Shown one piece after another: positions 62,058 through 64,000 of a stretch of 64,000 nucleotides of DNA; the stretch's first letter is position 1; every line of letters starts with the position of its first letter. The stretch comes from an uncultured Chloroflexales bacterium (lineage in GTDB: Bacteria; Chloroflexota; Chloroflexia; Chloroflexales; Chloroflexaceae). The notes beneath the pieces are model-generated. The model worked only from the letters and a program-made list of their open reading frames with translations. It was not told the DNA's origin and did not search any database. The translations under genes were made by a program, and so were the position numbers. The DNA lies in assembly GCA_937925925.1 (NCBI GenBank), contig CALANA010000114.1, positions 185 to 64,184 on the forward strand, written 5' to 3'.

Positions 62058-63263
62058 TTACTGTGACCACTCAGAAATATACTGATCATCCTCGGCCAGC
62101 ATTTCTAAAAACACTGGCACTATACGGGGATCAAAATGCCTTCCTGCCTGTGATTGAATATATTCGCGCACCCGTGCCTCCGGCCAGGCTCGGCGATAAG
62201 GCCGATCCGAACGTAACGCATCCCACACATCAATAACGGCAAACAGGCGGGCACTCAGTGGAATGGCTTCCCCGACCAATCCGCGTGGATAGCCCGCCCC
62301 ATCCCAACGCTCGTGGTGGGCATAGGGAATATCAAGGATAGACCGAAAGCATGGTATAGAAGACAGCATTTGATAGGCATAAACCGGATGTCGCCGCATG
62401 ATCTGCCATTCTTCAGGTGTTAACGGGCCAGGCTTGAAGAGAATGGCATCGGGAATAGCCAGCTTGCCAATATCGTGCAGCAACGCCCCCTTGCGCGCCT
62501 GATCCTGCTCAATGCGAGATAATCCTATACGCTTTGTTAGCCGCATCAGCATACGCGTAGTCTGATGGCTATGAGTATCGGTATCACTGTCACGCAATGC
62601 TAGAAGAGAAACCCAGAAATCCAAAATCTTTTCACTGCTAAAGCCATTCTGGCTGACATAATTCGGTTGCGAGGACATAAACGCGGTCATAGCATGCGTG
62701 GCAATGCCCGTAATATTCATCAGTACATGTAGCTCGTGGGTGGTAAATTCGGCCTGACGCCCAATCCACAAGACGCCAAAGGGCAGTAATTGGGCAAACA
62801 GCGGCACACACACAACGGTGCTGGCAGTTTCCACCCATTCAAATGGGTGATGGCTCTGATCGTGAACATGCCAGGTGTAGGGTTGACCACTGGTCATCAC
62901 CTGGTCGGCTTTGCCGATGCTTCGATCAAAGTGCTGCCCTGCCAGCATTGACCAGTCTCCACGGGCAACCTTGATCACAATGCGGTCGGAAGTTGGATCA
63001 TACAAGCCGAGCGATGCAGCCGATGCCTGAAGCAGGGCTACTGGTTGATCTAGTAGCATTCCCAGCAATTCCTCAGGATAGGCGTCTGGTACATATGGAT
63101 TGATCGGGTTGATGCTTGTAGTCTGGGTGAGATGACGGGTTGCTACACCGAGTATACCGGGCATTTGATCAAGATGTACCCCCAGATGATGATGGTTACA
63201 TGTATGTTGTATCATAGATATACTTTCATAACAATTGGGCGACCGAGAAATATAGAAATACAT
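62058..63263 (-). CDS. GAF domain plus HD-GYP domain protein
   Basis: HDIGKLAIPDAILFKPGPLTPEEW and HHERWDGAGYPRGL. N-terminal GAF-like region. The start codon is uncertain. Confidence 0.85.
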   Translation of the reverse strand: MYFYISRSPNCYESISMIQHTCNHHHLGVHLDQMPGILGVATRHLTQTTSINPINPYVPDAYPEELLGMLLDQPVALLQASAASLGLYDPTSDRIVIKVARGDWSMLAGQHFDRSIGKADQVMTSGQPYTWHVHDQSHHPFEWVETASTVVCVPLFAQLLPFGVLWIGRQAEFTTHELHVLMNITGIATHAMTAFMSSQPNYVSQNGFSSEKILDFWVSLLALRDSDTDTHSHQTTRMLMRLTKRIGLSRIEQDQARKGALLHDIGKLAIPDAILFKPGPLTPEEWQIMRRHPVYAYQMLSSIPCFRSILDIPYAHHERWDGAGYPRGLVGEAIPLSARLFAVIDVWDALRSDRPYRRAWPEARVREYIQSQAGRHFDPRIVPVFLEMLAEDDQYISEWSQ

Positions 63264-63389
63264 AATACTGCCATTTTATCTGGTTGGAAACAATCTAGAA
63301 AACCATGTTTTACACGAATTTATGACCGTATAAAAATATGATTTCTGATGTTTTTGTCTAAGTATACATACAGAAAGATTTTTAGAATA

Positions 63390-63827
63390 CTAACGTGATT
63401 TCATAGTACAGAGGAGATCAACTATCGTGTACGGAATAAAGGCATTCAATGCAAACTGATAATCACCATCATTCAATCCTATATTTACATCTTTCACATC
63501 GTTTGCTGGATCGTTCAGGACAATAATAGGAATGGATGCGGTGCGTGGATCACGTTTCAGTTCCTCATACACCTGTATACCCATCCGTTCTATCATCTCG
63601 CTGCTCAAAATGATCACATCAGGCTGCTGCTGGAATGCACAGGTTAGTCCGTGTGCGTTGCTGGTAGCAATCAGAACTTCCATACCCCGCCGCCGCAAGA
63701 TATGTTGGATCTGGCCTGCCAATACGTGATTTGAGCCAATTATTAATGCACGGCGGTTCAAGGAATCGCTCCTTGTGTGTTGAGCAATCGATCGATAATG
63801 CATCTGTCGCCAGCTCTCATTCATCAT
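63390..63827 (-). CDS. Receiver-like (pseudo-receiver) domain protein
   Basis: CheY-like fold pattern (ALIIGSN...DVIILSSEM...IPIIVLND), but the acidic pocket and phospho-acceptor Asp appear to be replaced. The start is uncertain: the ORF extends to 63986, and ATGs lie at 63827 and 63803. Confidence 0.5.
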   Translation of the reverse strand: MMNESWRQMHYRSIAQHTRSDSLNRRALIIGSNHVLAGQIQHILRRRGMEVLIATSNAHGLTCAFQQQPDVIILSSEMIERMGIQVYEELKRDPRTASIPIIVLNDPANDVKDVNIGLNDGDYQFALNAFIPYTIVDLLCTMKSR

Positions 63828-64000
63828 TGAATTATTGTATAAGATAGAGATAAATATAATCTCTCTCAACATCACTGTTATAGAGATCCGCCAACACCGT
63901 TGTTGGTGAATTAAGAACTGACGACAGCGTTGCCAGAGACCTGTCACGTCAGAGAGTTGTACGATAGACCTGATCAGAGCCAGCACCTGCGGTACATCAT

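Noticed and set aside
1-64000. tRNA, rRNA, tmRNA and riboswitch candidates, and prophage or integron signatures
   Set aside because: I found no cloverleaf-like or rRNA-like sequence in the intergenic regions read by eye. There are no integrase, recombinase, capsid or terminase-like ORFs. I cannot exclude small ncRNAs without covariance-model searches.

Overview
This 64 kb window looks like a chromosomal segment of a moderately GC-rich bacterium. The protein repertoire (zinc-ribbon Ser/Thr kinase fused to WD40 repeats, HD-GYP regulators, LysM/PA14 wall enzymes, a CruF-like carotenoid gene, PspA/IM30) suggests a filamentous Chloroflexota-type genome, but that is inference only. I can support about 49 protein genes. 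They are mostly housekeeping, envelope or signalling genes: rsmG, pspA, tgt, a YabN/MazG fusion, mrr, an NfeD-stomatin pair, a TelA/XpaC/vWA stress cluster, two HD-GYP proteins, SAM methyltransferases and wall hydrolases. I saw no rRNA, tRNA, CRISPR array, or intact transposase or integrase gene. The most unusual feature is non-coding. Almost every intergenic gap is occupied by short elements bounded by terminal inverted repeats (MITE-like). I count at least seven families and about 40 copies, some nested inside one another. Family-specific target-site duplications are visible: TA, about 5 bp, TAA/TTA, CTAG, and 8-9 bp. Several elements sit exactly on stop codons, with the duplicated target regenerating the stop. 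One family carries outward-facing promoter-like ends placed directly in front of genes. Another carries an internal hairpin whose arms differ between copies in a compensatory way. Secondary points of interest are listed below:
- a TelA-centred cluster flanked by two paralogous membrane-anchored binding-protein-like genes
- a Vps62-like/coiled-coil/TM protein
- a DUF58 module that lacks MoxR and is coupled to a CpaE-like protein with a degenerate Walker A
- a HEPN remnant in an AT-rich islet
- a small cassette bounded by inverted repeats
- a duplicated translation-start region that creates a decoy uORF
All family assignments come from motif recognition by eye. Element boundaries are accurate to about 3 nt.
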